A stretch of DNA of 64,000 nucleotides from Dehalococcoidia bacterium. GTDB lineage: Bacteria > Chloroflexota > Dehalococcoidia > Bin125. The DNA lies in assembly GCA_963555985.3 (NCBI GenBank), contig OY820591.1, positions 3,081,413 to 3,145,412 of the forward strand, read 5' to 3'. The first letter of the stretch is position 1. Every line of letters begins with the position of its first letter. Under the pieces are notes generated by a model that made no database searches, was not told the origin of the DNA, and saw only the letters and a program-made list of their open reading frames with translations. The position numbers and the translations under genes were made by a program. Shown here piece after piece: positions 19,819 to 30,610 of this stretch.

Positions 19819-21080
19819 TGGACGCGGCGGAACACCAGGCAGGCATTTTGCCCGCCGAACCCGAATGAGTTCTTGAGCACCGTATTCACCGTCGCCGCTC
19901 GCGCGACGTTCGGCACGTAGTCGAGATCGCAATCCGGATCCGGGGTCGTGTAGTTGATCGTGGGATGGATGCGACCGTCCGTGATCGCGCGCACCGCAGC
20001 GATCGATTCCAGGCCTCCCGCGCCGCCGAAGACATGCCCGATCATCGACTTGGTCGACGAGATCGGCACATGATGCGCGGCTTCGCCCAGCGCCTGCTTG
20101 ATTGCCCGCGTCTCCGAGGCGTCGTTCAGCGGCGTCGAAGTCCCATGCGCGTTCACGTAATCGATCTCCTCAGGCGCGATTCCGGCATCCTCGATCGCCC
20201 AGTTGATCGCCCGCACCGGCCCTGCGCCGTCGGCATCGGGCATCACCAGATGATGCGCATCGGCGGACGATCCAAAGCCCGCGATCTCCACCTCGTAGTC
20301 CACCCCCCGCGCGCGGGCGGAGGCTTCCGATTCGAGCACGATGATGCCCGCGCCCTCGCCGGGTACGAACCCGTCGCGATCCGCGTCGAACGGTCTGGAC
20401 GCGGCGGTCGGATCCTCATTCTTGGTCGTGAGCGCCCGCATCACCGCGAACCCGCCCAGCCCCAGCTGGCAGAACCCCGCCTCGGTGCCGCCGCTGATCA
20501 CGATGTCCGCCTGACCATTGCGAATCACGTTGACCGCATCGCCCAGCGCCTGCGTGCCGGCGGCGCAGGCCGTGACCACGGTCGTGTTGTAGCCCAGCAA
20601 CCCGAACTGCATCGCAATGTTCGCCGCCGCCATATTCGGCAGCACCTTGGGCAGGAAGAGTGGATCCAGCCGCATCCCCCCGCGCTCAAAGAGCGTCCCC
20701 GCCGTCTTCTGGATTTCGGGGTAGCCGCCCGCTCCGTTGCCCAGCACCACCCCGATCCGGCTGCGATCGAGTGAATCGAGGTCGAGCTTCGCGTCCTCAA
20801 TCGCTTCTCGTGCGGCCGCGACTGCGAACTGCGTGAAGCGGGCCATCCGCCGCGCCGACTTGCGATCCATAAAGTCGCGCGCTTCAAAGTCGCGGATCTC
20901 AGCCCCGATCGTGCAGCTGAAACCGCTCACATCGAAGTTCTCGATCGGGACCACCGCGCTGTCGCCGTTGAGCACGTGATTCCAGAACAGGTCAACGCCC
21001 GGCCCATAGGCCGACATGGCGCCTATGCCGGTGATGACGACGCGGGGCCGATCAGATGGCGACTGAGCTGGCGTAGTCAT
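19815..21080 (-). CDS. fabF: Beta-ketoacyl-ACP synthase II
   Basis: TACAAG, NAHGTSTPLND, KSMIGH, NSFGFGGQN (Cys-His-His triad intact). Confidence 0.95.
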   Translation of the reverse strand: MTTPAQSPSDRPRVVITGIGAMSAYGPGVDLFWNHVLNGDSAVVPIENFDVSGFSCTIGAEIRDFEARDFMDRKSARRMARFTQFAVAAAREAIEDAKLDLDSLDRSRIGVVLGNGAGGYPEIQKTAGTLFERGGMRLDPLFLPKVLPNMAAANIAMQFGLLGYNTTVVTACAAGTQALGDAVNVIRNGQADIVISGGTEAGFCQLGLGGFAVMRALTTKNEDPTAASRPFDADRDGFVPGEGAGIIVLESEASARARGVDYEVEIAGFGSSADAHHLVMPDADGAGPVRAINWAIEDAGIAPEEIDYVNAHGTSTPLNDASETRAIKQALGEAAHHVPISSTKSMIGHVFGGAGGLESIAAVRAITDGRIHPTINYTTPDPDCDLDYVPNVARAATVNTVLKNSFGFGGQNACLVFRRVQ

Positions 21081-22561
21081 TGCGTGGGATCCTGGGCTGG
21101 CTCAATGATAGGCAGGTTCGGATCGAGCTCCTGGTTGGGCGCGCGCAGATCGGCAGCCAGCGAGAGCGAACCGAGCGCCAGGATGAGATCTCCGGGCTGC
21201 GCCAGTTCCAGCGCTCCCGCGAGCGCATCGGCGGGCTCCGGCGCGACGTAAACCGATCCCTCCCAGCCCGCAAACGCCGCCGCTACCTGCTCCGCGCTGC
21301 GCGCGCGGGGATGATCGGAGCGCGTTGCGAAGACGGCTTGGGCGCGGGGTCGAATCGCTCCCGACATCGTGTCCAGCGCCTTGTCTCCGAGCGCCCCAAA
21401 GATGACCAATAACCGTTGGTGCGGGAAGTACTGATCGCAAGCGTCAAGCGCCCGCTCTACCGACTCGGCATTGTGCGCGCCGTCGATCACAATGCGCGGC
21501 AGCGGCTCACGCTCCACGCCCGCCGGCGGCGTCCAACTCTCGGGTAACGGCAGCTCTTCCAAACGACCGGGCCAGTCAACCGTCGCCAGACCCCGATGCA
21601 GCGCCTCGCTCGAGATTTCCAGACCGCTCGCGGCGAGCTGATCAATCGTCGCAACCGCCGTGATCGCATTGTCAAGCTGATGCTCGCCCAGCAGCGGCAG
21701 CAGATAGAGCGAATGCGGCGACTCGGTCGGTCGCGGCTGACTGCGTTCCACCCGGAACCACTGACCCCACGGTTCGACTCCGGCACTCGTCCAGCGGTAG
21801 CGCTCCGCCACATCAACCAGTGGGATCGGCAGATCGTCGGCGACATCGCGGACAACCGCAGCCGCCCGCGGCCGTCGCTGCGGAGCAAGCACGGCGGCAT
21901 GGGTGCCGGCCGTCAGAATCCCCGCCTTCTCGCCTGCGATCTGCGTAATCTTCTTGCCCAGGATGTCCGTGTGCTCATAGGAGAGCGAGGTAATCACGGC
22001 AGCGTCTTTCTCGCCGAACACATTCGTCGAATCCAGCCGTCCGCCAAGTCCGACCTCGACAACCTGGACATCCACCTGATGCTGCCGAAAGGCGTGGAAG
22101 GCAAGCGCGGTCAGAATCTCAAAGGTGCTGACATGGCCGGGATCGTCGGCGAGCTCGGCAGCCACGACCGGCTGCAATTCCGAGCAGAGCCGCGCGAACT
22201 CCTGATCGGGCAAGGGCGCGCCGAGAATCCGAATTCGCTCCGCAAAACTGTGCAGATGCGGACTCGTGAACAATCCTGTCCGATATCCCGCCTCACGCAG
22301 CACCGACTCGATCATCGCGGCGGTGGAGCCTTTGCCTTTTGAGCCGGCCACATGCACCGTGCGCCGTCCGTGCTGCGGTTCGTCCAGCCGGCGCAGCAGC
22401 GAGCGAATCCGATCCAGCGCGAAGTCGGGCTTCGAGCGGCGCGGTCCCGAGCCGCGCTCGAAATCGGCGTGACTCATCAGCCAAGCCGCCGCCGACTCGT
22501 AGCCGGCAAACCGTGCAGCTCTTGGCTGTTCGACTTCGCTGGAATGATCGGTATCGCCCAT
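21077..22561 (-). CDS. folC: Folylpolyglutamate synthase/dihydrofolate synthase
   Basis: HVAGSKGKGST, FTSPHL, EVGLGGRLDSTN, WPGRLE, DGAHN. Confidence 0.93.
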   Translation of the reverse strand: MGDTDHSSEVEQPRAARFAGYESAAAWLMSHADFERGSGPRRSKPDFALDRIRSLLRRLDEPQHGRRTVHVAGSKGKGSTAAMIESVLREAGYRTGLFTSPHLHSFAERIRILGAPLPDQEFARLCSELQPVVAAELADDPGHVSTFEILTALAFHAFRQHQVDVQVVEVGLGGRLDSTNVFGEKDAAVITSLSYEHTDILGKKITQIAGEKAGILTAGTHAAVLAPQRRPRAAAVVRDVADDLPIPLVDVAERYRWTSAGVEPWGQWFRVERSQPRPTESPHSLYLLPLLGEHQLDNAITAVATIDQLAASGLEISSEALHRGLATVDWPGRLEELPLPESWTPPAGVEREPLPRIVIDGAHNAESVERALDACDQYFPHQRLLVIFGALGDKALDTMSGAIRPRAQAVFATRSDHPRARSAEQVAAAFAGWEGSVYVAPEPADALAGALELAQPGDLILALGSLSLAADLRAPNQELDPNLPIIEPAQDPTQ

Positions 22562-22713
22562 GGACAGCCCGCCTTCGTCTGGATTTGATGCACGCAACTT
22601 GCGCGCTGATCCCATCGTAAGCGACAGGGCGGGCTTGATCAGCGCGAATAAGGCTGCAACGATCCAATCTGAGCGGGCGCGGCATCGGTCAGACCATTGC
22701 TCGGAGGCACAAC

Positions 22714-23688
22714 ATGGCGCAGACACTGCCTGAAGCGCTGAGTGACATCTGGCCAGAGAAACGGATTGAGGACGGCTTGCTCACGGTCGTGGAAGCGATC
22801 GCGGCCGGCGCCGCCCGCGTAGACGGCCTCACCCGCCGCGCAGCGCTCGCCGGCGTGCTCGGCGACACCGGCGAGACCAACGTCCAGGGCGAGATCGTGC
22901 AGGTGCTCGACGCCGCCGGCACCGACGCCTTCGTCGAATCCCTGCGCGACTGCGGCGCGGTCGCGGCCCTGGCCTGCGAAGAACTCGAAGATCCCGTCTT
23001 CGTCTCCGACGCCGAAGATCACCGCTATCTCGCGCTCTTCGATCCGGTCGACGGCTCCAGCAACATCGACGTCGCCGTCACGATCGGCTCGATCTTCGCG
23101 ATCTACCGCCGCCCGGACGCGAGCGCCGTCACTGAGGCGTCGCTGCTCCGCCCCGGCCGCGAACAGGCGGCGGCGGTCTACGTCGTTTACGGATCGAGCA
23201 CGGTCATGGTCACCGCGACGCAGGTGGACGGAACCGGCCGCGTGGACGGCTTCACGCTCGATCCCGAATCCGGTCAGTTCCTGCACAGCCACGACGACAT
23301 TCGCATCCCCACCAAGTGCGCCGCCTACAGCGTCAACGAGGGCAACTCGGGCAACTGGCACGCGCCGATGCAGGCGGCGGTGGCCGAACTCCGCGCCGAC
23401 TACGGACTGCGCTACGTCGGATCGTTGGTGGCCGACTTTCACCGCGACCTGCTCAAGGGCGGCATTTTCCTCTACCCGGGCGACGTCAAGAGTCCCGCCG
23501 GCAAGCTGCGACTGGGCTACGAAGCGAATCCGCTCTGCTACGTCGCCGAGCAAGCCGGCGGCGCAGGCAGCACCGGAAACGAACGCATCCTGGACGTACA
23601 GCCCGAACTGCTGCATCAGCGCACACCGCTGATCGTGGGCAACGCCGATGTGGTCGAACGAGTCGTCGCCCGTCTCGCCGACGGCTAA
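22714..23688 (+). CDS. fbp: Fructose-1,6-bisphosphatase class I
   Basis: DPVDGSSNIDV, RYVGSLVADFHR, GKLRLGYEANP. Confidence 0.93.
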   Translation: MAQTLPEALSDIWPEKRIEDGLLTVVEAIAAGAARVDGLTRRAALAGVLGDTGETNVQGEIVQVLDAAGTDAFVESLRDCGAVAALACEELEDPVFVSDAEDHRYLALFDPVDGSSNIDVAVTIGSIFAIYRRPDASAVTEASLLRPGREQAAAVYVVYGSSTVMVTATQVDGTGRVDGFTLDPESGQFLHSHDDIRIPTKCAAYSVNEGNSGNWHAPMQAAVAELRADYGLRYVGSLVADFHRDLLKGGIFLYPGDVKSPAGKLRLGYEANPLCYVAEQAGGAGSTGNERILDVQPELLHQRTPLIVGNADVVERVVARLADG

Positions 23689-23744
23689 GCGCTCCAATCT
23701 GCCAGAGTGATCCCAAACCGACCAACCCGAAGGAGCCAACCGAG

Positions 23745-24779
23745 ATGAGCAACGAACTGCACGAAACCGCGCGCGCCCTGGTCGCGCCGGGCAAGGGCAT
23801 CCTCGCCGCCGACGAAAGCAGCCCCACGATCAAGCGCCGCTTCGACACGATCGGCCTCGAATCGACCGCCGACAACCGCCGCGACTGGCGCCAACTGCTC
23901 TTCACCTCCGAGGGCATCGGCGACTGGATCTCGGGCGTGATCCTGTTTGAGGAAACGTTGGCGCAAGACTCCTCCGACGGTCGCCCGCTCGTGGACGTGC
24001 TGACCTCGAACGGGGTGATCCCGGGCGTCAAGGTTGACAAGGGCGCAAAAGACCTCGCCGGTTCACCCGAGGAGAAGGTGACCGAAGGTCTCGACGGAAT
24101 GCGCGAACGGCTGGCGCTGTACCGCGAGCAGGGCGCGCGCTTCACCAAGTGGCGCGCCGTGATCGCGATTGGCGAGGGCATTCCCACGGCTTACTGCCTC
24201 AATGTGAACGCGCACGCGCTGGCCCGCTTCGCTGCGCTGTCGCAGGAGGCGGGGTTGGTACCGATCGTTGAGCCGGAAGTGCTGATGGACGGGACTCACG
24301 ACATCGCCGCCTGCGCTGAAGCCACCGAAGCCGCCCTGCGTGCAACCTACGCCGCGCTCGCGATCCAGCAGGTCGATCTGCCCGGCACGCTGCTGAAGCC
24401 CAACATGGTGCTCTCGGGTAAGAGCGCGTCCGACCGCGCTCCCGCCGAAGTCGTCGCCTCCGAGACCCTGCGCGTCTTCAAGAACTCGGTACCCGCCGCC
24501 GTCCCGGGCTGCGTCTTCCTCTCCGGCGGTCAGAGCGATGAAGAAGCCACGGTCAACCTGGACGCGATCAACCGCGCCGCAGCCGCATCCGGCGCGCCCT
24601 GGCAGCTCAGCTTCTCCTACGGTCGAGGCTTGCAGGCGACTCCGCTCTCGACTTGGGGCGGGAATCCGGAGAATGTCGGTGCCGCCCAAGCCGCCTTCCA
24701 GCAGCGGGCGCGTCTGACCAGCGCTGCGCGCAAAGGCGAGTACTCGCCGGAGCTGGCGTCGGCGGCTGCGGCGAGCTAG
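23745..24779 (+). CDS. Fructose-bisphosphate aldolase class I
   Basis: GKGILAADES, KWRAVI, VPIVEPEV, LLKPNMV, FLSGGQS, SFSYGRGLQ; AAGGAG RBS. Confidence 0.95.
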   Translation: MSNELHETARALVAPGKGILAADESSPTIKRRFDTIGLESTADNRRDWRQLLFTSEGIGDWISGVILFEETLAQDSSDGRPLVDVLTSNGVIPGVKVDKGAKDLAGSPEEKVTEGLDGMRERLALYREQGARFTKWRAVIAIGEGIPTAYCLNVNAHALARFAALSQEAGLVPIVEPEVLMDGTHDIAACAEATEAALRATYAALAIQQVDLPGTLLKPNMVLSGKSASDRAPAEVVASETLRVFKNSVPAAVPGCVFLSGGQSDEEATVNLDAINRAAAASGAPWQLSFSYGRGLQATPLSTWGGNPENVGAAQAAFQQRARLTSAARKGEYSPELASAAAAS

Positions 24780-24884
24780 GGCCTGTTCACACAACTACAA
24801 GCTCGGTCGGCCCGCACGCGCGCTGGTCTCGAGGCCGGGCCTCGGCGGTCCCTTCCCCGCCCTCTGCAACCGAGCCGAAACCGG

Positions 24885-25125
24885 GTATGCTCAGAACATA
24901 TACACGCACGAATCCAATCGGAGACCGCTGTGTCCCGTGAACGCCTCGCTCCAAACCTGGACGCTGCTGGACATGCCCGGATTCTCCTGGAAAAAATCCG
25001 CCCGAATCGGGATGAATCCAGACGGATCTGGACAAATCTGGACAAATCCAGACCCGCGAACGCACGATCCTCAGCGCTCGCCGGGAGATCCGCTCAATCC
25101 CTCCGAAATTCTCCCGCCAAACAGC
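24885..25125 (+). repeat. Dispersed element with 10-bp phased motifs, copy 2 (diverged)
   Basis: gaatccagac-ggatctggac-aaatctggac-aaatccagac tandem at ~25014-25053; ends with aaattctcccgcc like the other copies. Confidence 0.6.
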
Positions 25126-25220
25126 GCCGACACACTTCGCGCAGTCTGAACACGTCCTAGGCGGCGATTCCGTCATTCTTGCGGAGGGGGCAGAGATATG
25201 ACGGAGATCGGTCCATCGAC

Positions 25221-25853
25221 ATGCCCCACCGACTCCTGATCGCGACCGGCAACCAGGGCAAACTGCGCGAGTTCCGCGCCCTCTTCGATGCACTTGAGGA
25301 CGCCGGCGACTGGCGGCTCGTCAGCCCGTCCGAGGTGGGACTCGCAGGCTTTGAGGTGGTCGAAGACGGCGACACCTACGCCGCCAACGCCGGCCGCAAG
25401 GCGCGCGCCTACGCCAACGCCGCCGGATTACCTGCGCTGGCCGATGATTCGGGGCTCGAAGTCGATGCGCTTGACGGCGCGCCCGGTCTGTACAGCGCTC
25501 GGTATGCTGGTGAAGACGCCGACGACGCAGCCAATCGCGCCAAGCTGTTGGACGCGCTGCACGGCGTCGCCGCTGAGCAGCGTTCCGCGCGTTTCCGCTG
25601 CATCATCGGGATCGCCTTCCCCTACACCACCAACGTGCGTCTGGGCGAAGGCGTAGTGGAAGGACGAATCGCGGTGGACGAACGCGGCGAGCTCGGCTTC
25701 GGCTACGACCCGCTCTTCGAGTTGCCCGACGGACGCCGCATGGCCGAACTCTCGACCGCTGAGAAGAATCGGATCAGCCACCGCGCACGAGCACTCGCCG
25801 ACGCCCGCTGGGCGCTCAACTCGCTCGCCAAGACGCTGGACGCCACTGGATAA
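25221..25853 (+). CDS. rdgB: Non-canonical purine NTP pyrophosphatase (RdgB/HAM1)
   Basis: ATGNQGK, ADDSGLEVDALDGAPGLYSARY, GFGYDPLF, KNRISHR. Confidence 0.95.
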   Translation: MPHRLLIATGNQGKLREFRALFDALEDAGDWRLVSPSEVGLAGFEVVEDGDTYAANAGRKARAYANAAGLPALADDSGLEVDALDGAPGLYSARYAGEDADDAANRAKLLDALHGVAAEQRSARFRCIIGIAFPYTTNVRLGEGVVEGRIAVDERGELGFGYDPLFELPDGRRMAELSTAEKNRISHRARALADARWALNSLAKTLDATG

Positions 25854-25858
25854 CCGCC

Positions 25859-26896
25859 ATGTCCGAGACCGTCTCGCTGACCCCCGCCGACACGCCCCTC
25901 GATACGCTTGGGCGCCGCTTCGCCGATCTCCGCGTTTCCGTCACCGACCGCTGCAACTTCCGCTGCCCCTACTGCATGCCCCGCGAGATCTTCGGACCCG
26001 GCTACGAATTCCTGCCCCGCTCTGCGATCCTCAGCTTCGAAGAGATCGTGCGCGTCTCGCGCATCTTCGGCCGGCTCGGTCTGCGCAAGCTGCGCCTGAC
26101 CGGCGGCGAACCGACCGTCCGCGCACAACTGCCCACGCTGGTCGCCATGCTGCGCCAGGCCCTGCCCAACGTCGATCTGGCCCTCACCACCAACGGAACC
26201 CGCCTCACATCGCTCGCCGGACCGCTCCGCGATGCAGGCCTCGATCGCGTCACGGTCAGCCTCGACTCGATCGACCCCGACATCTGCCGCGAGATGAACG
26301 GTGTCGATTTCCCCATGGAGCGAGTCCTGGCCGGAATCGACGCCGCAGCCGAGGCCGGACTCGCGCCGGTCAAGATCAACGCCGTCGTCAAACGCGGCGT
26401 CAACGACGAGGGCATCGCCGATCTGGCCCGCCACTTCCGCGGCAGCGGACACATCGTGCGTTTCATCGAATTCATGGATGTCGGCGCGACCAACGGCTGG
26501 CGCTTGGACGACGTGGTCTCGGGACGCGAGATCGTCGAACGGCTCAGCGCCGACCTGCCGCTCGAGCCGGTTGACCCCTCCTACCGGGGCGAAGTCGCTC
26601 GCCGCTGGCGCTGGAGCGACGGCAGCGGCGAGATCGGCGTGATCACCTCAGTCACGCAACCCTTCTGCGGCGACTGCACCCGCGCCCGGCTCTCAGCCGA
26701 GGGCCAGCTCTACACCTGCCTCTTCGCCGCTATCGGCAAAGACCTCCGCGCCCCCCTCCGCAGCGGAGCCTCCGACGACGAACTCTACGCCCGCATCAGC
26801 GGCATCTGGCGAGACCGCGAAGATCGCTACTCCGAACTCCGCAGCGCCGCCACCGCCGACCTGCCCAAAGTAGAAATGTCGCACATTGGCGGATGA
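25859..26896 (+). CDS. moaA: GTP 3',8-cyclase
   Basis: CNFRCPYC radical SAM motif, [11 protein letters not shown]-terminal MSHIGG. Confidence 0.97.
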   Translation: MSETVSLTPADTPLDTLGRRFADLRVSVTDRCNFRCPYCMPREIFGPGYEFLPRSAILSFEEIVRVSRIFGRLGLRKLRLTGGEPTVRAQLPTLVAMLRQALPNVDLALTTNGTRLTSLAGPLRDAGLDRVTVSLDSIDPDICREMNGVDFPMERVLAGIDAAAEAGLAPVKINAVVKRGVNDEGIADLARHFRGSGHIVRFIEFMDVGATNGWRLDDVVSGREIVERLSADLPLEPVDPSYRGEVARRWRWSDGSGEIGVITSVTQPFCGDCTRARLSAEGQLYTCLFAAIGKDLRAPLRSGASDDELYARISGIWRDREDRYSELRSAATADLPKVEMSHIGG

Positions 26897-27392
26897 CGCC
26901 CCAACCGCTCCAGCCCGGACCGAACTGAGTCACGTAGACGCCGCCGGCCGCGCGCGCATGGTCGACGTCGGCGCCAAAGCTGTCACCGAACGCCGCGCCG
27001 TCGCCGAAGGCCGCGTCCTCATGCAGCCCGAAACCCTCGAATTGATCCGCAACGCCGCCCTCAAAAAGGGCGATGTCCTAGTCACCGCCGAACTCGCCGG
27101 CGTCATGGCCGCCAAGCGCACCCACGAGCTGATCCCGCTCTGCCATCCGCTCGCGCTCACCCACATCGGCGTAGAGCTGGAACTGCTCAACGACCCACCC
27201 GCTGTCGGCATCAGAGCCACCGTCCGCTGCTCCGGCCAAACCGGAGTCGAAATGGAGGCCCTCACCGCCGTCAGCGTCGCCGCCCTCACCGTCTACGACA
27301 TGGCCAAAGCCGTCGATCGCGGAATGAGAATCGAAGCCATCCGCCTCCGAGAAAAAGACGGAGGCCGCTCCGGCTCGATCCGCCTGGAATAG
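26886..27392 (+). CDS. moaC: Cyclic pyranopterin monophosphate synthase
   Basis: [29 protein letters not shown]. Confidence 0.97.
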   Translation: MADDAPTAPARTELSHVDAAGRARMVDVGAKAVTERRAVAEGRVLMQPETLELIRNAALKKGDVLVTAELAGVMAAKRTHELIPLCHPLALTHIGVELELLNDPPAVGIRATVRCSGQTGVEMEALTAVSVAALTVYDMAKAVDRGMRIEAIRLREKDGGRSGSIRLE

Positions 27393-27450
27393 AGGCCCGC
27401 ACACTTGCACAGCGAGCGCGAGCAAACACTCCCGCCAGACCAGCGCCGAT

Positions 27451-27810
27451 TCAGGACAACAGCGGCTCCAACTGATTCACGAAGCGCTCAACTTGATCGA
27501 GGTCATCGCCGATCGCCTCAGCCGACAGCCAACCCTCGTAGAAGTTGGTGTGGAGCGCGCCCGCCTCATTGAAGAGGGTGCGCAACTCACGCCGCCCCGT
27601 CTCCTCAACCAGGCGATCTACCGTCTCATACAGCTGCCGATGCCCTTGATGACGCCAGCCCCGACTCTCGGCAACTGCCTTCACCATCTGCGCCGCCGCG
27701 CCCCATCCCTTCTCCGACGCCTGCAAGAGCTCATCGTCCGCGAGGTAGACACGAGCCTTGGCCAGAAAAACTTGAGCCGTCTCACTGTGGTAATCCGTGC
27801 GAGTCGTCAT
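27451..27810 (-). CDS. PaREP1-family (HEPN-like) protein
   Basis: LLQASEKGWGAAAQMVKAVA, LHTNFYE. Confidence 0.85.
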   Translation of the reverse strand: MTTRTDYHSETAQVFLAKARVYLADDELLQASEKGWGAAAQMVKAVAESRGWRHQGHRQLYETVDRLVEETGRRELRTLFNEAGALHTNFYEGWLSAEAIGDDLDQVERFVNQLEPLLS

Positions 27811-27832
27811 GGCTCCCAGCATAGCCAATGCT

Positions 27833-27888
27833 CCGTCATACCCGCGCTCCACCGCGGGTATGACGGAAATCTAGGCGGAGGTATGACG
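27833..27888. repeat. REP-like family A palindrome
   Basis: ccgtcatacccgcg-ctccac-cgcgggtatgacgg perfect hairpin plus a second ggtatgacgg. Confidence 0.85.
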
Positions 27889-27901
27889 GATCCCAAGGCC
27901 C

Positions 27902-28801
27902 TCACACCGCCCCAAACACCAACCCCCGCCACTCGTCCTCCGACCGCTCCCCCAGCAGCTCCAACCCCCGATCACGAAACGCCTCGACGACCTCATCCCG
28001 CCGACGCTCAATCAACCCGCTCGTAATCAGGCGGCCGCCCGGCGACAACGACCCCACAAGCCCGTCCGCCAGACCTTGCAACAAGTCCGCCGTCAGATTC
28101 GCAACCACCAGCTCAAACCGTTCCCCAACCGGAATCGACAGCTCCCGTACCTCGATCCGCTCCGCGAGCCGGTTCCGCCGAGCCGTATCCTGTGCCGCCT
28201 CTACCGCCAACGGATCAATATCCGTCGCAACTACCGAGGATGCCCCGAGCTTCGCCGCCGCAACCGCCAGAATCCCACTTCCCGTACCCACATCCAGCAC
28301 GCTCATCCCGTCCTTCACCGTCTCTGCCAGCAGCGCCAGGCAGAGCCGCGTGCTCTGATGCAAGCCCGTGCCGAAGGCCAGGCCCGGAGCAAGCTCGATC
28401 ACGATCTCACCGTTCTTGGGCCGGTAGTCGACATGCGGCGGACGCACCACGATCACCCGCCGACCGGGAATCCGCACCAACTCAAAGTGCTCGTGCCAGG
28501 CCGTTCGCCAATTGCGCTGGGGCAAGCTCTCCGCACGCGCCTGCGGCGGAGACTCGCTCCACAGATCATCGAGCGCCGCAGCAAGCCGAGGCGCAATCTG
28601 CGACCAGCGCTGGGGCGGCAGATAGGCGATCACTTGCGCCGTCTCAGTCCTCTGATCATGGCCCGGCCACGGCTCTTCTACCGGCTCCGCTACGTCCCAC
28701 TCGACGACCGAGTTGAATACGCCCGCGATCTCGAACGCTGCGATCGCACGTTCCACATCGGCGGCGGGTACAGCGACAGAGGCGCGGACAAGTCGAGCCA
28801 T
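27902..28801 (-). CDS. prmA: Ribosomal protein L11 methyltransferase
   Basis: PGLAFGTGLHQST, VLDVGTGSGILA; position after dnaJ. Confidence 0.93.
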   Translation of the reverse strand: MARLVRASVAVPAADVERAIAAFEIAGVFNSVVEWDVAEPVEEPWPGHDQRTETAQVIAYLPPQRWSQIAPRLAAALDDLWSESPPQARAESLPQRNWRTAWHEHFELVRIPGRRVIVVRPPHVDYRPKNGEIVIELAPGLAFGTGLHQSTRLCLALLAETVKDGMSVLDVGTGSGILAVAAAKLGASSVVATDIDPLAVEAAQDTARRNRLAERIEVRELSIPVGERFELVVANLTADLLQGLADGLVGSLSPGGRLITSGLIERRRDEVVEAFRDRGLELLGERSEDEWRGLVFGAV

Positions 28802-28815
28802 GATCGTCGGCGAGC

Positions 28816-29946
28816 TTAGTTACTGAACGCCCCGCGAATGCGCGAGAACATCCCGCCGCCCTTGCCGTTGGCGGCGCTCGGGTCATCCAGCACTTCCGCC
28901 AACTGCTCAAACAGTTCGCGCTGCTCCGAAGACAGTTTGTCGGGAATCTGCACCGCCACCAACACGCGCAAGTCGCCGCGACCGCGGCCGCGCAGGTGCG
29001 GCACGCCCTGTCCGCGCAGCCGGAACTCGCGCCCGTGCTGCGTCGCCGGCGGCACATCCAGTGGCTGCCGTCCGCCCTCCAACGAGGGAATCTCCACCTC
29101 GGTCCCCAGCGCCGCCTGGGCCACATTCAGACGCAGTGGCAGCACCAGGTCGTCGCCGTCGCGCTCGAAGAGCTCATGCGGCTTGACCCGTAGATCGACG
29201 TAGAGGTTGCCCGCTGGCCCGCCGCGCATCCCCGCGTCGCCCTCGCCCGAGAGCCGCATCTGCGCGCCGTCGCTGACCCCGGCGGGAATGTTCACCTTCA
29301 GCCGCCGGTTGCGTTGCTCGCGCCCGACGCCGCCGCAAGCGTTGCAGGGATGCTCGATCACCGAGCCTTCACCCTCGCAGGCCTCGCAGGGCGCGACATT
29401 GACGAACCGCCCAAACACATTGCGCTGCACCCGCCGCACTTCGCCCGTCCCATCGCAGACCACACAGGGCGCGCGCTGCGTACCCGGTTCCGCTCCCCCG
29501 CCCCCGCAGACCGTGCAGTGCTCCAACCGCGACGCCCGAATCTCCTGCTCCGCGCCAAACACCGCTTCCTCGAAGTCGAGCTCGATCTGGATCCGCAAAT
29601 CGCCGCCCCGAACCGGTCCCGCCGCCCGCCGCCCGCCGAAGAAGGCGTCGAAGATGTCGCCGAAACCGCCGAAGTCGAACCCCTCGAAGCCGCCGCCCTG
29701 GGCAAAGTCGGCCGTCGAGCCGTAGCGGTCGTACTTCGCTCGCTTCTCCGGATCCGACAGCACCTCATACGCCGCCGCAATCCGCTTGAACTGAGTCTCG
29801 GCAGCCGCCTTCTCGGACTCCTCCGTCACCCGGTCGGGGTGATGCTCCATCGCCAATTTGCGAAAGGAGCGCCGAATATCGTCCTGGGAAGCGGCGCGCT
29901 CAACACCAAGAATCTCGTAGAAGTCGTCGGAGGTCGTGTTGGCCAT
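28816..29946 (-). CDS. dnaJ: Chaperone DnaJ
   Basis: HPD motif, G/F-rich region, four CxxCxGxG repeats. Confidence 0.97.
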   Translation of the reverse strand: MANTTSDDFYEILGVERAASQDDIRRSFRKLAMEHHPDRVTEESEKAAAETQFKRIAAAYEVLSDPEKRAKYDRYGSTADFAQGGGFEGFDFGGFGDIFDAFFGGRRAAGPVRGGDLRIQIELDFEEAVFGAEQEIRASRLEHCTVCGGGGAEPGTQRAPCVVCDGTGEVRRVQRNVFGRFVNVAPCEACEGEGSVIEHPCNACGGVGREQRNRRLKVNIPAGVSDGAQMRLSGEGDAGMRGGPAGNLYVDLRVKPHELFERDGDDLVLPLRLNVAQAALGTEVEIPSLEGGRQPLDVPPATQHGREFRLRGQGVPHLRGRGRGDLRVLVAVQIPDKLSSEQRELFEQLAEVLDDPSAANGKGGGMFSRIRGAFSN

Positions 29947-30100
29947 GGGGATGCAGTCAGGTCCGGTCAGTCGAGTCTAGGGCGCACAGATACCTCTAAG
30001 GTACCGCGAGTCAGTCAGCGAGCGGGATAAGCGAGTGAGCAGAGCGGGAGAATCAATTCCTGCATCCGCCATATCTCCGTCATTCCCACCTAATGTCCCT

Positions 30101-30150
30101 CCGTCATACCCGCGCTTGCCGCGGGTATCTCGATGTGAGCGGCATGACAG
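30101..30150. repeat. REP-like family A half copy
   Basis: ccgtcatacccgcgcttgccgcgggtatctcgatgtgagc, identical to the stretch starting at 45415. Confidence 0.85.
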
Positions 30151-30235
30151 TCGCGCTTGGGCCAAGCGATGCGGGGTGGAGATCAACGAGGACAGAATAG
30201 TGTGAATAGGTGCTATAGCGGGAAGGACTGATCCC

Positions 30236-30610
30236 ATGAGCGGCCACCACCCCTGGAGCGAGATCGCCAAGAAATTCTCGCCCGAACAGCGGCGCAGGAT
30301 TGACGCCATCAAGCGCGAGCTGTTGGCTGAGCTGCCCTTACACGAATTGCGCCAGGCCCGCGCTCTGACCCAGCAAGACGTGGCTGAGACACTCAACGTC
30401 AACCAACCGGCCGTGGCCAAGCTGGAACAGCGCGCGGATATCTACGTCTCCAGCCTGCGCAACTACATCGAAGCCGCCGGCGGACGCCTGAAGATCATCG
30501 CTGAATTCCCGGAGGGCGATGTCGCCATCACCAACTTTGCCAGCGTCGGAGACGACGGCGAGCCGTCGGCGGAACATCAGCCAACAAGCGCGAGCAGCGA
30601 CGCGCCTTAG
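30236..30610 (+). CDS. XRE-family HTH protein, HigA-like antitoxin (orphan)
   Basis: [51 protein letters not shown]. Confidence 0.88.
   Translation: MSGHHPWSEIAKKFSPEQRRRIDAIKRELLAELPLHELRQARALTQQDVAETLNVNQPAVAKLEQRADIYVSSLRNYIEAAGGRLKIIAEFPEGDVAITNFASVGDDGEPSAEHQPTSASSDAP

Noticed and set aside
16019-24779. Calvin cycle locus (tkt, fbp, fba)
   Set aside because: No RuBisCO or phosphoribulokinase in the window; gluconeogenesis and pentose phosphate pathway explain these genes
25012-25053. Short direct repeats as a CRISPR array (also 58391-58490)
   Set aside because: 10-bp tandem units without unique spacers; no cas genes in the window
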